A stretch of DNA of 64,000 bases from a virus: the IMG/VR virus record IMGVR_UViG_3300032236_001082, positions 48,159-112,158 of that record. The stretch is one strand, 5' to 3'. The position numbers and the translations under genes were made by a program. A model generated the notes under the pieces. It was not told where the DNA came from and ran no database searches. It saw only the letters and a list, made by a program, of their open reading frames with translations. How positions within the stretch are numbered: position 1 is the stretch's first letter; every line of letters starts with the position of its first letter. Positions 42,639 to 52,100 of the stretch are shown piece after piece.

Positions 42639-44982
42639 TTTCATCCATTTCTTGTTGTATAATTTCATCAATAATTTCAGATCCTGGCACAGGAAATACC
42701 GCAAAGCCTGGAGGGCTGAAGAACCCTGGTGGCGCAAAGAACCCTGGTGGGGTGAAGAACCCTGGCGGGGTAAAAAAACCTGGTGGGGTAAAGAACCCTG
42801 GTGGGGTGAAGAACCCTGGTGGGGTGAAGAACCCTGGTGGCGCAAAGAACCCTGGTGGGGTGAATGTACCTGGGTAGACAACAAAGCTTGGTGGTGGAGA
42901 AACCGCAGGTGTGACCGCAGGTGTGACCGCAGGTGTGACAGAAGTAACTGATGGAGTTACCGCTGGAGAAACGTTTCCTCCTCCTGGGTATACAACAAAG
43001 CTTGGTGGTGGAGAAACCGCAGGAACTACGGCTGGAGTGACGGCTGTAACAGCTGGTGTAACGGATGTTACAGAAGGTGTAACAGCACCAGGATTTGGTC
43101 CACCACCAGGATAAACAATTCCTGTTACAGATGGCGTGACAGATGTAACGGCTGGGGTAACGGCTGTGACAGCAGGCGTAACAGATGCTGCTGCTGATGC
43201 AATGATTGTACTACTGTAATAGTAATGTGTAGTTCCTGATAAATCAACAACAGTATCTCTAACTGCAAAAATGTATGGAGGGTATGCTGCATCTAGTGGC
43301 ATAACTACATAATATCCGCTAGTGTCTAGTGGCACTCCCGACCCACTGTTTGGTGTAAAAGTATTTCCAACCAATGCTGAAGTAACGCTAGCATAATTTT
43401 GATAAGTTCCACCACTCCAAGTTATAGCAGTTCCTACAACACCAGATCCTTGAATTGTTGGAGAAGAAGACTGTGACAAAACTGGCGGGACAACACTAAT
43501 ATCATTTGATTGTGTAGACAAAGAGCCATAAGCGTTTGTAGCAGTTACAGTACAATGCACACCAAAGTTTGGATAAAGACTATGAAAATTAGGTGCAAAT
43601 GTATAACTGCTTGATGTAGCTCCTGGCAATGGTTTGTATACATATCCAGTTGGGCTAAAGTAGTACCATTGATAGGTATAAGTAATAGGAGTTGCCCCAC
43701 TATATGTGCCAGGACTTACTGTGGCAGTAGCACCTTCATAAACAGTGCTTGGTGACGCAACTGGGGCTGATATTAAAGTTAATTGCGGACTAGTTCCATC
43801 CATAACTGAAACGATATCGGTATAAGCTACGACACCATTGTTTCCAGTAGCTACTGGGTTATTAGCTGTTACCTTACAAAGTAAACCAAAATTTTTAAAT
43901 AAAGAATTAAAATTCCATGGAGGAGAATAAGAACTTGTATAGGCTCCAATACTTTGATAGGTAAGATCACTTTGTCTAAGGTACTGCCAATCATACGACA
44001 GTGTTATTGGCGCATCTCCCGTCCAAGTTCCACCATTTGTACTAAAAGTTGTTATTCCTGCAGTTGGATCTACTCCACTAGGGGTATATGTTATAGAAGG
44101 TTTAGTTTTATTTACTGGAATTGAAGACGCTGTAAACAATCCATAATTTGTAGTTAAAGAAATACCCTGAGTTAAACCAGAAAAATCTGTACCTGAATTA
44201 AATTGAGTTTCTACAGCATAAAAATACATACCACTATTTGTTGGGTCTTGTCCTAAATCAAAGTTTGCTATAGAGCCATAACTTGTTCCGTCTGAGGACT
44301 CATAGCTAATTTGACTAATTGTTTGATATACAGTTCCACCTGTTGTTCCAGGGGAAGAACTTCTATACAAAGTTATTGTTGATCTTGTAGTATCTGGAAG
44401 ATAGCCAGCAGATGAATCCCAGGTAGAGTTGTATTGAAGTATATTTAAAATTTTTGTAAATGATGCACTGATGCTACGTGGTGGATTTCTATGCACAAAT
44501 ATTTGAATTGGTAGTGAGTTATCATCTCCAATAATATCTGTTGTTGTGGTATTAGCTTGAATATCAAACGTAATATAAGTTCCATCATAGTTAAAACTAG
44601 ATGTACTTAAAGGAATGTTTACTGGGTTATTATAAGTTCCAGTGTCGCATGCAACGCCTAATTGATTAGGAATTGGAGAAGAAAAAACGGTGTACTGATA
44701 GTTTGTTATAACATATCCGTTTGGAACCCAAACACCTTTTTGCCCATAAAGGCTTGTGCTGGTTATTATGATATCATTTCTGGCGTATGCTGTTGCGCCA
44801 TCTGATGCTGAAGTAGAAAAATAAGGAGATGTTGTAGTATAAGGTCCTGATTTTGGCCAGAATTGAACCCAACCTTTTGCAGCCTTTACAAATCCTTTTT
44901 TAACTTTTGCCCAGCCAGAATCGGTTTTTACTTTAAAATTGGTAACGTTTTGCCAGCTACCGCCATTAACTCTTAAACCCAT
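42625..44982 (-). CDS. minor tail/fibre protein with Ig-like domains and Thr/Pro- and PPGFF-repeat C-terminus
   Basis: N-terminal ..G.W..V....K....W fibre-adaptor motif; repeated GTW/Y.YQW/CxVTAxN Ig-like units; last gene of the tail module. Confidence 0.75.
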   Translation of the reverse strand: MGLRVNGGSWQNVTNFKVKTDSGWAKVKKGFVKAAKGWVQFWPKSGPYTTTSPYFSTSASDGATAYARNDIIITSTSLYGQKGVWVPNGYVITNYQYTVFSSPIPNQLGVACDTGTYNNPVNIPLSTSSFNYDGTYITFDIQANTTTTDIIGDDNSLPIQIFVHRNPPRSISASFTKILNILQYNSTWDSSAGYLPDTTRSTITLYRSSSPGTTGGTVYQTISQISYESSDGTSYGSIANFDLGQDPTNSGMYFYAVETQFNSGTDFSGLTQGISLTTNYGLFTASSIPVNKTKPSITYTPSGVDPTAGITTFSTNGGTWTGDAPITLSYDWQYLRQSDLTYQSIGAYTSSYSPPWNFNSLFKNFGLLCKVTANNPVATGNNGVVAYTDIVSVMDGTSPQLTLISAPVASPSTVYEGATATVSPGTYSGATPITYTYQWYYFSPTGYVYKPLPGATSSSYTFAPNFHSLYPNFGVHCTVTATNAYGSLSTQSNDISVVPPVLSQSSSPTIQGSGVVGTAITWSGGTYQNYASVTSALVGNTFTPNSGSGVPLDTSGYYVVMPLDAAYPPYIFAVRDTVVDLSGTTHYYYSSTIIASAAASVTPAVTAVTPAVTSVTPSVTGIVYPGGGPNPGAVTPSVTSVTPAVTAVTPAVVPAVSPPPSFVVYPGGGNVSPAVTPSVTSVTPAVTPAVTPAVSPPPSFVVYPGTFTPPGFFAPPGFFTPPGFFTPPGFFTPPGFFTPPGFFTPPGFFAPPGFFSPPGFAVFPVPGSEIIDEIIQQEMDENDGI
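42701..42864 (-). repeat. 18-bp tandem repeat encoding (PPGFF[T/A/S])x8 plus PPGFA
   Basis: Plus-strand unit ~gaaccctggtggggtgaa; variation mostly synonymous. Confidence 0.95.
42865..43185 (-). repeat. degenerate repeats encoding VTP[A/S]VT[A/S] and SPPPSFVVYPG
   Basis: Translation of 42625..44982. Confidence 0.9.
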
Positions 44983-44991
44983 TTTATTCCT

Positions 44992-47900
44992 TTAGTATGT
45001 TACGTACAGGTCTCCAACAAAGCCTGTACCCGTTGAACCAACTGCTGGACCCGATCCGCTGTTTACATAAATATTTCTAACGAAGCCTATCGTTCCTACT
45101 ATATCAGTTGCGTTTCTAACTCTCATGTTACCATTTAAATAAATATATCCATTAGGACTATTTCCTATAATAACGTCACTACTGTCCAAGTATATCACGC
45201 CAGTACTTATAGCTGCAAATGATTGTCCAACTACCTGCTGAGTAATTACTCCATTATTATCCGCATGGTTCCAAATAGTTGAAGACCCATCTGGATCTAT
45301 AGAAATAAGCGGAACTGCTCCTCTGCCTTGATTGCTACCAAAAACTTGAAAAGCTTTTGCTGTACTTAATACGGTGTATCCATTAGATGTAATTTGTCCG
45401 TTACCAAAAGAAGTAGTAGTATCAATAGCAGCTGCAGAAGCTGAGGTTTGATTAATTACTCCTCCACTGTTAGATGCACTGAATGTAACCAAAGAACCTA
45501 AAGCGGATGATCCAGCAGAATATGTCTGCAATTGAGCTCCTGCTGAATCTAAAGAAACATAAGAGTTAGATCCTTTAGATCTTAAATAGCTACTTGTGAT
45601 TGTCCAACCAGTAGTATCACTTCCTATGTAACCTTCAGTTGCAGTTACTTTACCCTTTATTGTGGCAGAACTTGCTGTTACATTACCAAGATGATCCACA
45701 AAGAACTTAGGTATTGTATCTAAAGCTCCTACGCTTATTGCATAACCATTTGAAGTGGAAGACCCGCCATAAATTCTAACACCATAATTATTTTGCGTTG
45801 CATTATAATCAGTTGGATAAGCAGTTATAGTTCCATTTGCAGAGCTTAATTCTAGCTGACCAGAATATATCTTTCCAGCTTTAACAATCCATGCTCCTGA
45901 TGCTCCAGATAAACTTCCAAGATAAGCAGAGTTTGTAGCAAGGGTAACTCCATCTTCTCCTATAGGGCTAGATGATATTTGTGTTGTTACTGTTGAGCCA
46001 TTTGGAGATGCTATGATACCCGCACCACCCATTTTTACATAAGCACTTCCTGGGCCATTTACAATTAAATAACCAGAAGATCCAATGGTAACGCTGCTGT
46101 TAAAATTAGAAGCTTGATTGACTGTTATGGAACCAGTAATGGTTGCTTTGCTTGCAGTGATGCTTCCATCTCCATAAACATAAAATCCAGTGCCTGCACT
46201 AATTAATGTGTCTGAGCCAACGCCACTACCTATAATTTGGATGTTTCTTGCTACTACTGCTCCACCTGGTGTTACTGTAAACTTAGCTTGTGAGTCACCA
46301 CCGCTTGTTGCAGACCCCGCCCAAAATGAATATGTGCCAGTAGCAGACATTCCTACGTAGTTTGAAGCAGATCCTAATGTATTTTGGATCTGAGTACTGT
46401 TGATTGACCAATCGGCAATTTTTGCATTAGTAGTTTCAAATGTATAACTAGATGCTCCTGGGTTTGTAATTATTGCAGTTGACGCTGGGGTTGAAGCTGT
46501 TGAACCATAATCAAAAGCAAATATACCAGAATAAGCTGATGTGCCATCTGGACCTTTATTGCCTGAAGGACCCAATACAATTCTTGAGCCTGTTGTTGCA
46601 CTATTGCCAACAAATATTGATCCGCCACCACCAATTTGCACAGCATTTTGAATAACAGATATTGATGGGTTTGTTGGAGTAACTTGATATACTATAGAAT
46701 TTTGCGAAGGAGAATCGTAAATATCATAGTATCTTAAAATCAAATAACCAGTTGCATATAAATTATCGAATACGCTTGCTGGGCCTGTGCCTGAATAAAC
46801 CAAAGACTGCATGTGATAATTGCCAGCTGCTTGCTGAGTTAAATTGTTGTTGACCGTAATCGTATATGGGCCAGAACCAGTTATAGAGGTAACCCAAGTA
46901 TTTGTAGGAATACCAGTTCCAGTTATTGGATATCCAACATAGGTATTTACAGTCTTACCAGTTGGTAATGTAAATCCGCCATTTTCCATTGAAATTGAAT
47001 TAACAACAAAAGTTTTTTGACCAGACGCTCCACCAGAAGCAAATGTTGCATCCATATAATCTGGCATGTCAACTGTTGCGAATGATCCAGTTGGGTCAAT
47101 AAAGAATTGATATACTTCACCATAAGATGCGCCAGTTGTTCCAAGAGCAAACTGTACGTTATAACCATCAATTACATTTGTGATAGTTGCTACTGGCACT
47201 ACCGATCCTATAGAACTAGTTCTGCTAAATGTAGTTATATTCTGAACAGTAGAGCTTTCTGTTCCATACTGGGATTGCAAAACAAACGTTCCGCTATAAG
47301 ATTTATAGTATTGTCCAAACTGTGCGAATATTAAATTCTTAGGGATTGTAAATGATGTTTCTGTTTTACTTGCTATAGTGTGATAAAAGAAGCCAGATAG
47401 ATTATTAGCTGCAGTTGGAACTAATTTAACTTTAACTGTTACTGGTTTATTTAAATCTGAATCTACTATAGAGGGAAGTGTATAGGTTACTACTACATCA
47501 TCTCCCGCCCCGTTATTTGAAAATGATGCTGAGACATTAGTGGCATTTGCTGGTGGTAAATTGTTTGCTGGAAGCAGAGCAGTTGGTGTTGCTTCTACGT
47601 AATTTGAATAAGCAGACTTTGCACCAGTTGTTTCCATGAACCAAGCTCTTACATATCTATGAGCCCCGTCTGCAGCAAATACAGAAGCTGGGCTTATGGT
47701 CTTTGGCTCTCCTACCTGAACCCAACCAACGCTTGATGCAGCAGCAGCTGTGTCCACCTGAGCAGATGTCAATCCAGTGGTCGGGTAAACAAACTCTTGA
47801 ATGATTTCAGATAAAAAATTGCCATTTGGAGTAGCTTTTGCTGCGTCTATATTTGTTGTAGTAATTATGTAAGAAGATGTTGCATCTGCTTCTGTGATTA

Positions 47901-48522
47901 TTGGTGCTGGAAGTAATGACTGGTAGGTATTTGATATGGCTGCCTTAACATACCCCGCTGTTTGAAGTGCCCCGTCATAAGTTGCAACCTCAACATAGTT
48001 AAATGAAACTGAATTTGCAAACCCACTATCCGTGCTTTTTATAGTTACCGTTTGATTTACGGATCCAAAAGATAAAAGTGATTTATCATATGAAGGACTA
48101 ATTACTGTAAAGGTTGTCCCACCGTCAAGGCTAACTCCGACATTAAAATTAAGAAAGAATTGATTTTGAGGATCCGACATGTCGAAATCAAAAGTAAGAA
48201 CAAGATCGCTGCCAACATACGATGCAGTCAAGTTTGCAACTTGAAGTGGTGCTGTACCTGGAAGTGGTTCTGGGTTTGTTCCTCCTTGGCTAGGAGTTGA
48301 ATCTGTATTAGGGCTACTAAATGAAGCTGCTTGGATTCCCACAAGCATTGCACTGATGTTTTTATTTAAACCAATTGGAGATATATAACCATTCCATCTT
48401 GATTGTTTAAATGGAGCCGTAATAGAATTAGCGGTTGGATCTAAATTTATGTCAATAGGAATCGGCTGTCTTCTAGCAGAAGACGAGTCCGATATGTAAG
48501 TAGGATTTAAATTAATTTGCAT
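44992..48522 (-). CDS. minor tail protein
   Basis: Beta-rich; G.I.A..A.I.G.I.A..G.I..W.I repeats typical of siphovirus tail tip/fibre proteins. Confidence 0.8.
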   Translation of the reverse strand: MQINLNPTYISDSSSARRQPIPIDINLDPTANSITAPFKQSRWNGYISPIGLNKNISAMLVGIQAASFSSPNTDSTPSQGGTNPEPLPGTAPLQVANLTASYVGSDLVLTFDFDMSDPQNQFFLNFNVGVSLDGGTTFTVISPSYDKSLLSFGSVNQTVTIKSTDSGFANSVSFNYVEVATYDGALQTAGYVKAAISNTYQSLLPAPIITEADATSSYIITTTNIDAAKATPNGNFLSEIIQEFVYPTTGLTSAQVDTAAAASSVGWVQVGEPKTISPASVFAADGAHRYVRAWFMETTGAKSAYSNYVEATPTALLPANNLPPANATNVSASFSNNGAGDDVVVTYTLPSIVDSDLNKPVTVKVKLVPTAANNLSGFFYHTIASKTETSFTIPKNLIFAQFGQYYKSYSGTFVLQSQYGTESSTVQNITTFSRTSSIGSVVPVATITNVIDGYNVQFALGTTGASYGEVYQFFIDPTGSFATVDMPDYMDATFASGGASGQKTFVVNSISMENGGFTLPTGKTVNTYVGYPITGTGIPTNTWVTSITGSGPYTITVNNNLTQQAAGNYHMQSLVYSGTGPASVFDNLYATGYLILRYYDIYDSPSQNSIVYQVTPTNPSISVIQNAVQIGGGGSIFVGNSATTGSRIVLGPSGNKGPDGTSAYSGIFAFDYGSTASTPASTAIITNPGASSYTFETTNAKIADWSINSTQIQNTLGSASNYVGMSATGTYSFWAGSATSGGDSQAKFTVTPGGAVVARNIQIIGSGVGSDTLISAGTGFYVYGDGSITASKATITGSITVNQASNFNSSVTIGSSGYLIVNGPGSAYVKMGGAGIIASPNGSTVTTQISSSPIGEDGVTLATNSAYLGSLSGASGAWIVKAGKIYSGQLELSSANGTITAYPTDYNATQNNYGVRIYGGSSTSNGYAISVGALDTIPKFFVDHLGNVTASSATIKGKVTATEGYIGSDTTGWTITSSYLRSKGSNSYVSLDSAGAQLQTYSAGSSALGSLVTFSASNSGGVINQTSASAAAIDTTTSFGNGQITSNGYTVLSTAKAFQVFGSNQGRGAVPLISIDPDGSSTIWNHADNNGVITQQVVGQSFAAISTGVIYLDSSDVIIGNSPNGYIYLNGNMRVRNATDIVGTIGFVRNIYVNSGSGPAVGSTGTGFVGDLYVTY

Positions 48523-48538
48523 CCCATCCCCCTATCTA

Positions 48539-49069
48539 TTATTTATGACCTAATGCAATCCAGTTAATGTTTACTGATCCTGTGCCTAGCCATGAACCAT
48601 CTTTAGCTGTACCGCCAAATGCAGTATGGTTGGCAGTTGTAATTCCAGATTTTCTCAAAACAATTTGAAAAGAAGATTGGTTAACTGTCCCGACTGTAGC
48701 AATTAAATCTTGCACTGACGTATTAGTTAAAGATGTTGTTACTGGGGTTAATATAATTGTTGGGCCCTTAGCGTCTGTAAAAGGGATTGCTAGGTTTATA
48801 GTTTTTGAATAGTAGTAGGCATTGCTAGCACCATTAAAGGTAGCACCAGTAGCCAAGCTTATTGTACTTGTACCATACATTATTTGCTGAGAAGATATAT
48901 CAAACTGAGTTTGTGTTGTAGAGTCAGCAGTGCTAGTTGAGGCATAGATGCTTCCAAAGTTATTTGTAATAGCAGATATGTTATCGCTATGTTGATTGAC
49001 CACGTTAATTATCTGGTGGATAGTTGGAAGATCAATGATCTTTGGATCTGATATTTTTATGTATGCCAT
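48539..49069 (-). CDS. minor tail protein (H-type lectin-like C-terminus)
   Basis: PF...P.I.LT...F.I...INWIALG. Confidence 0.7.
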   Translation of the reverse strand: MAYIKISDPKIIDLPTIHQIINVVNQHSDNISAITNNFGSIYASTSTADSTTQTQFDISSQQIMYGTSTISLATGATFNGASNAYYYSKTINLAIPFTDAKGPTIILTPVTTSLTNTSVQDLIATVGTVNQSSFQIVLRKSGITTANHTAFGGTAKDGSWLGTGSVNINWIALGHK

Positions 49070-49091
49070 TTTATCTCCTTATGTTATATAA

Positions 49092-49100
49092 ATTATACCA
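49092..49100 (-). promoter_or_regulatory. extended -10 promoter
   Basis: TGGTATAAT with downstream AAGGAG RBS. Confidence 0.65.
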
Positions 49101-49110
49101 TTTTATAGGT

Positions 49111-52100
49111 TTATTTATTAATTCCTCTATTTAGCATGTTTAGAGTAAGCTTTGTTGTTAGTCCGTTATTATAATTATTAGATACAGAATGGACTATATA
49201 CTTCTGTGCATTTATCCCCATCAAAGGATAGGTTAGGCCAATTACATCCCCCACCTCAATTAAAGGGTTTCCGAATATGCTTAGGGTTACGTCTTTTGAA
49301 AAGTTATCCACTCCCGCTGCAACGACCTTTAAAAGCTTTCCAGCAGCGTCTCTGGACTGTATGAAGGAGGAATCTAACTGAACTACCTCCCCTACGTTAC
49401 CCTGGTCTGTAACTACTTCTATTATCTCTGGATCTGAGGGTACTACGATTTCGTGTGTCCAAAGGTTTAAATTAACTACAAAGGCATTAAGCTCATCTGA
49501 ATCTTTCTTTAAATAAACCATGTGAGTGCTATTATTTGCTACAGCAAACTTAGCTCTAAACCCAGTATTAATTGGGGTTGAATAGGCTGCTGAATACTCA
49601 TCAACTATTTGATGCTGCAAGAACTGTTGCTCAAGTAGGGTGTTTCCTGGATAATAAAACCAAGCATATTCAACTGGCAAGATATCAACGGAAACAGCAG
49701 CTCCATTTGTATACTGGACATCGTAAGTATTTATTCCAATAATTTCTGGCTGCGTCTGCATTATATACTCTTTATACAAAGAAAATGTTCTCTGGCCTTG
49801 GATCATCGCATTTAAAAATTCACGGTCTTGGAAGTAGTAGTTTACGCTTCTTTCTTTTAATGTTTTTTGAGAAGCATAGATCTCTCTTAAATATCCCACA
49901 TTACCTTTAGTAGTAAAATTATTAGAGGCTGGGTAAGGTACATTATCGTTTGTGCCAGTAAGTGCTGGTGGGTTAGCTGAGAAGAAAGCACCGAACTTAG
50001 CATTAGTGTTTCTAGTAGGAGCAACAATAATCTTTTTTCTTAGATTAGTTATACTGTTTTTATCAGTACTGACCCAATCATTTCCAGATTTAACCTGCCA
50101 GCCTTGAATCTCAAAGTTATTTAAAAATACTGAAAGCGCAAAACCATTACCAGTCAAAGCTCCATTTGCGTCGTAGGTTGATTGTCCAACAGGACCTTCT
50201 CCGTCTGAAGCGTTATCAAATGGAACCAAAGTGCATCTAAGGTGAAATGCTTCATGAGGATCACTATATAATGTATAAGCATCTGACCCATCAGCTTTTG
50301 AAGCAGAAGCATTCTTTTTATAAAGTTTTTCAAAATTAGAAAGTATGTTATAAACAGTTCCACTTACATTAGAATAAGCAACTATAGATGAGGCCCCGCT
50401 TACGATTTTGTATACTATTAAGCCATAAACATAATTGTGATTTGGGCTTGTTCCTATGTCTGACTGCACGAGCTCTACAAAATACGCCCCTTCAGTTGAA
50501 GAACTGGTTGCGTTAAAGAATAGACCTCCAGAGCATAGATTGCTTGTCCCATTTAAACCAAACTTTACAGAATAAGTATTATAATTAAGATCTACATCTG
50601 AAGTTGGATAAAATATTACTTTACTATTTATATCTGGATTTGCCTGTACATAATAATATGGCAATTGAACTGCTGAGTTATTAGGGTCTGTCTGAGTTGT
50701 AACTATTGAATAATTGCCAGATTGAGCTGCTATACCGTAGCTAGAATTTACGGTAGAAGCAGAAAGACCCTTGCTTGCTAAATCACTTATAATCTTATGA
50801 TCAGAAACGTTTGTTCCAAATAAACCTCTGTTGATATTTGTTATCTTTCCAGTGGGAGTTATCTTAACGTCATAGTCTTGTCCTTTTGATACCCGTCCCT
50901 TTGTCCAGCCAGCAGTCATGGAATCTGCTGAACCAGTTACCAATGTAAATGAATTTATTCCAGTTGCAATAACTTGGCCAGACATATTTAATGATTCTGG
51001 ACTCATGCCAGTAACTGAAACCAGGCTGCCTACGGTAAACGAAGATGATGGGTGAGGTACTTCTGTAGTTGCGGTAGAGGATACGTGATACACAGTAGTC
51101 TTTTGAGTATTGCCTTTTACAGTTGCTGTAGACGGGGTGGCTGAGTCAATAACCCCAACATTTGGAATTAATCCAATCTCATTATCTTTGATAAACTTAC
51201 TTACTGCTGCTGCCAACTCTAGATCGTTTTTGACGGATACAGTAGTGCTAACAGATCCATTTGATGATTGAGATATTGTATACTCTTTGTAAATAAATGA
51301 AACTATTTCATCTTCTATTACAGCGTATCCGTCGTTATTTAAATTAAACGTATGGAATGAATCAAGCAAGTCTGCTTGATTAATAGAGAAGCTACTATCA
51401 GCTACTGCCATATTAGAAGCAAGATAATTAAGTCCAACAGAATCAACGCTTTGCTGAGACCACACAACGTCATTACTTGTAGTATAAATATAAGATGGAC
51501 CAATTTTGATATCAGCGTTTGTAACATTTTGAAGAGATAAAGATTGCTTAAGCTTTGGAGTTTGATATCTTAAAGATATTTTTCCAGGCTTTGATTTGTT
51601 ATTTATAGTATATCCATTTTGCAACACTATATTCTGATCTAGATCAAAATTAGTTGAGCTTTGTTGAAGTTTTAATATATTAGACAGACTTAGGAACTTC
51701 ATAACTCCATAGTTATCTATGTATGCTCCTATTTGATAAGGCAAGAATATCTGGTTTAATGCCTCAATAAGTGTAGAGCTTTTAGAGTTACAGAAATAAT
51801 AATCCATATTTAAAGGAGTATTTAAATCATAGCATACGCTATACAAAGAATCAATATCATAATCAGTAAAGCCAGTTAGATCCAAAATGTTAGTTATTAC
51901 TTCAAAAGCATCTTTGAAGTTAGCAACATAATCAGTTACTGGGGTTGACTGCAGGTATCTAGTTATGTCATAGCATTGAACTACAACAGTATCTATATCA
52001 TTTTGCTGCCAGGTATCCGAATACCAGACCCCGCCAGGGATTATCTTATTAACCTGCTGGTCAACGTAAGAGCTATCTATATAGTCTACTAAATTATAGT

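Noticed and set aside
42701-42864. Possible CRISPR array or diversity-generating retroelement repeat
   Set aside because: Head-to-tail 18-bp coding repeat with no spacers; no reverse transcriptase or template/variable repeat pair seen
42639-42884. PHQGSS-repeat N-terminus given to the P4H by the ORF track
   Set aside because: Alternative frame of the PPGFF array; the catalytic domain starts at MMEYK (42638)
42652-43114. + strand ORFs with EEPWWG and TAGV repeats
   Set aside because: Antisense read-outs of the tail-protein repeats; nucleotide variation is synonymous in the minus-strand PPGFF frame
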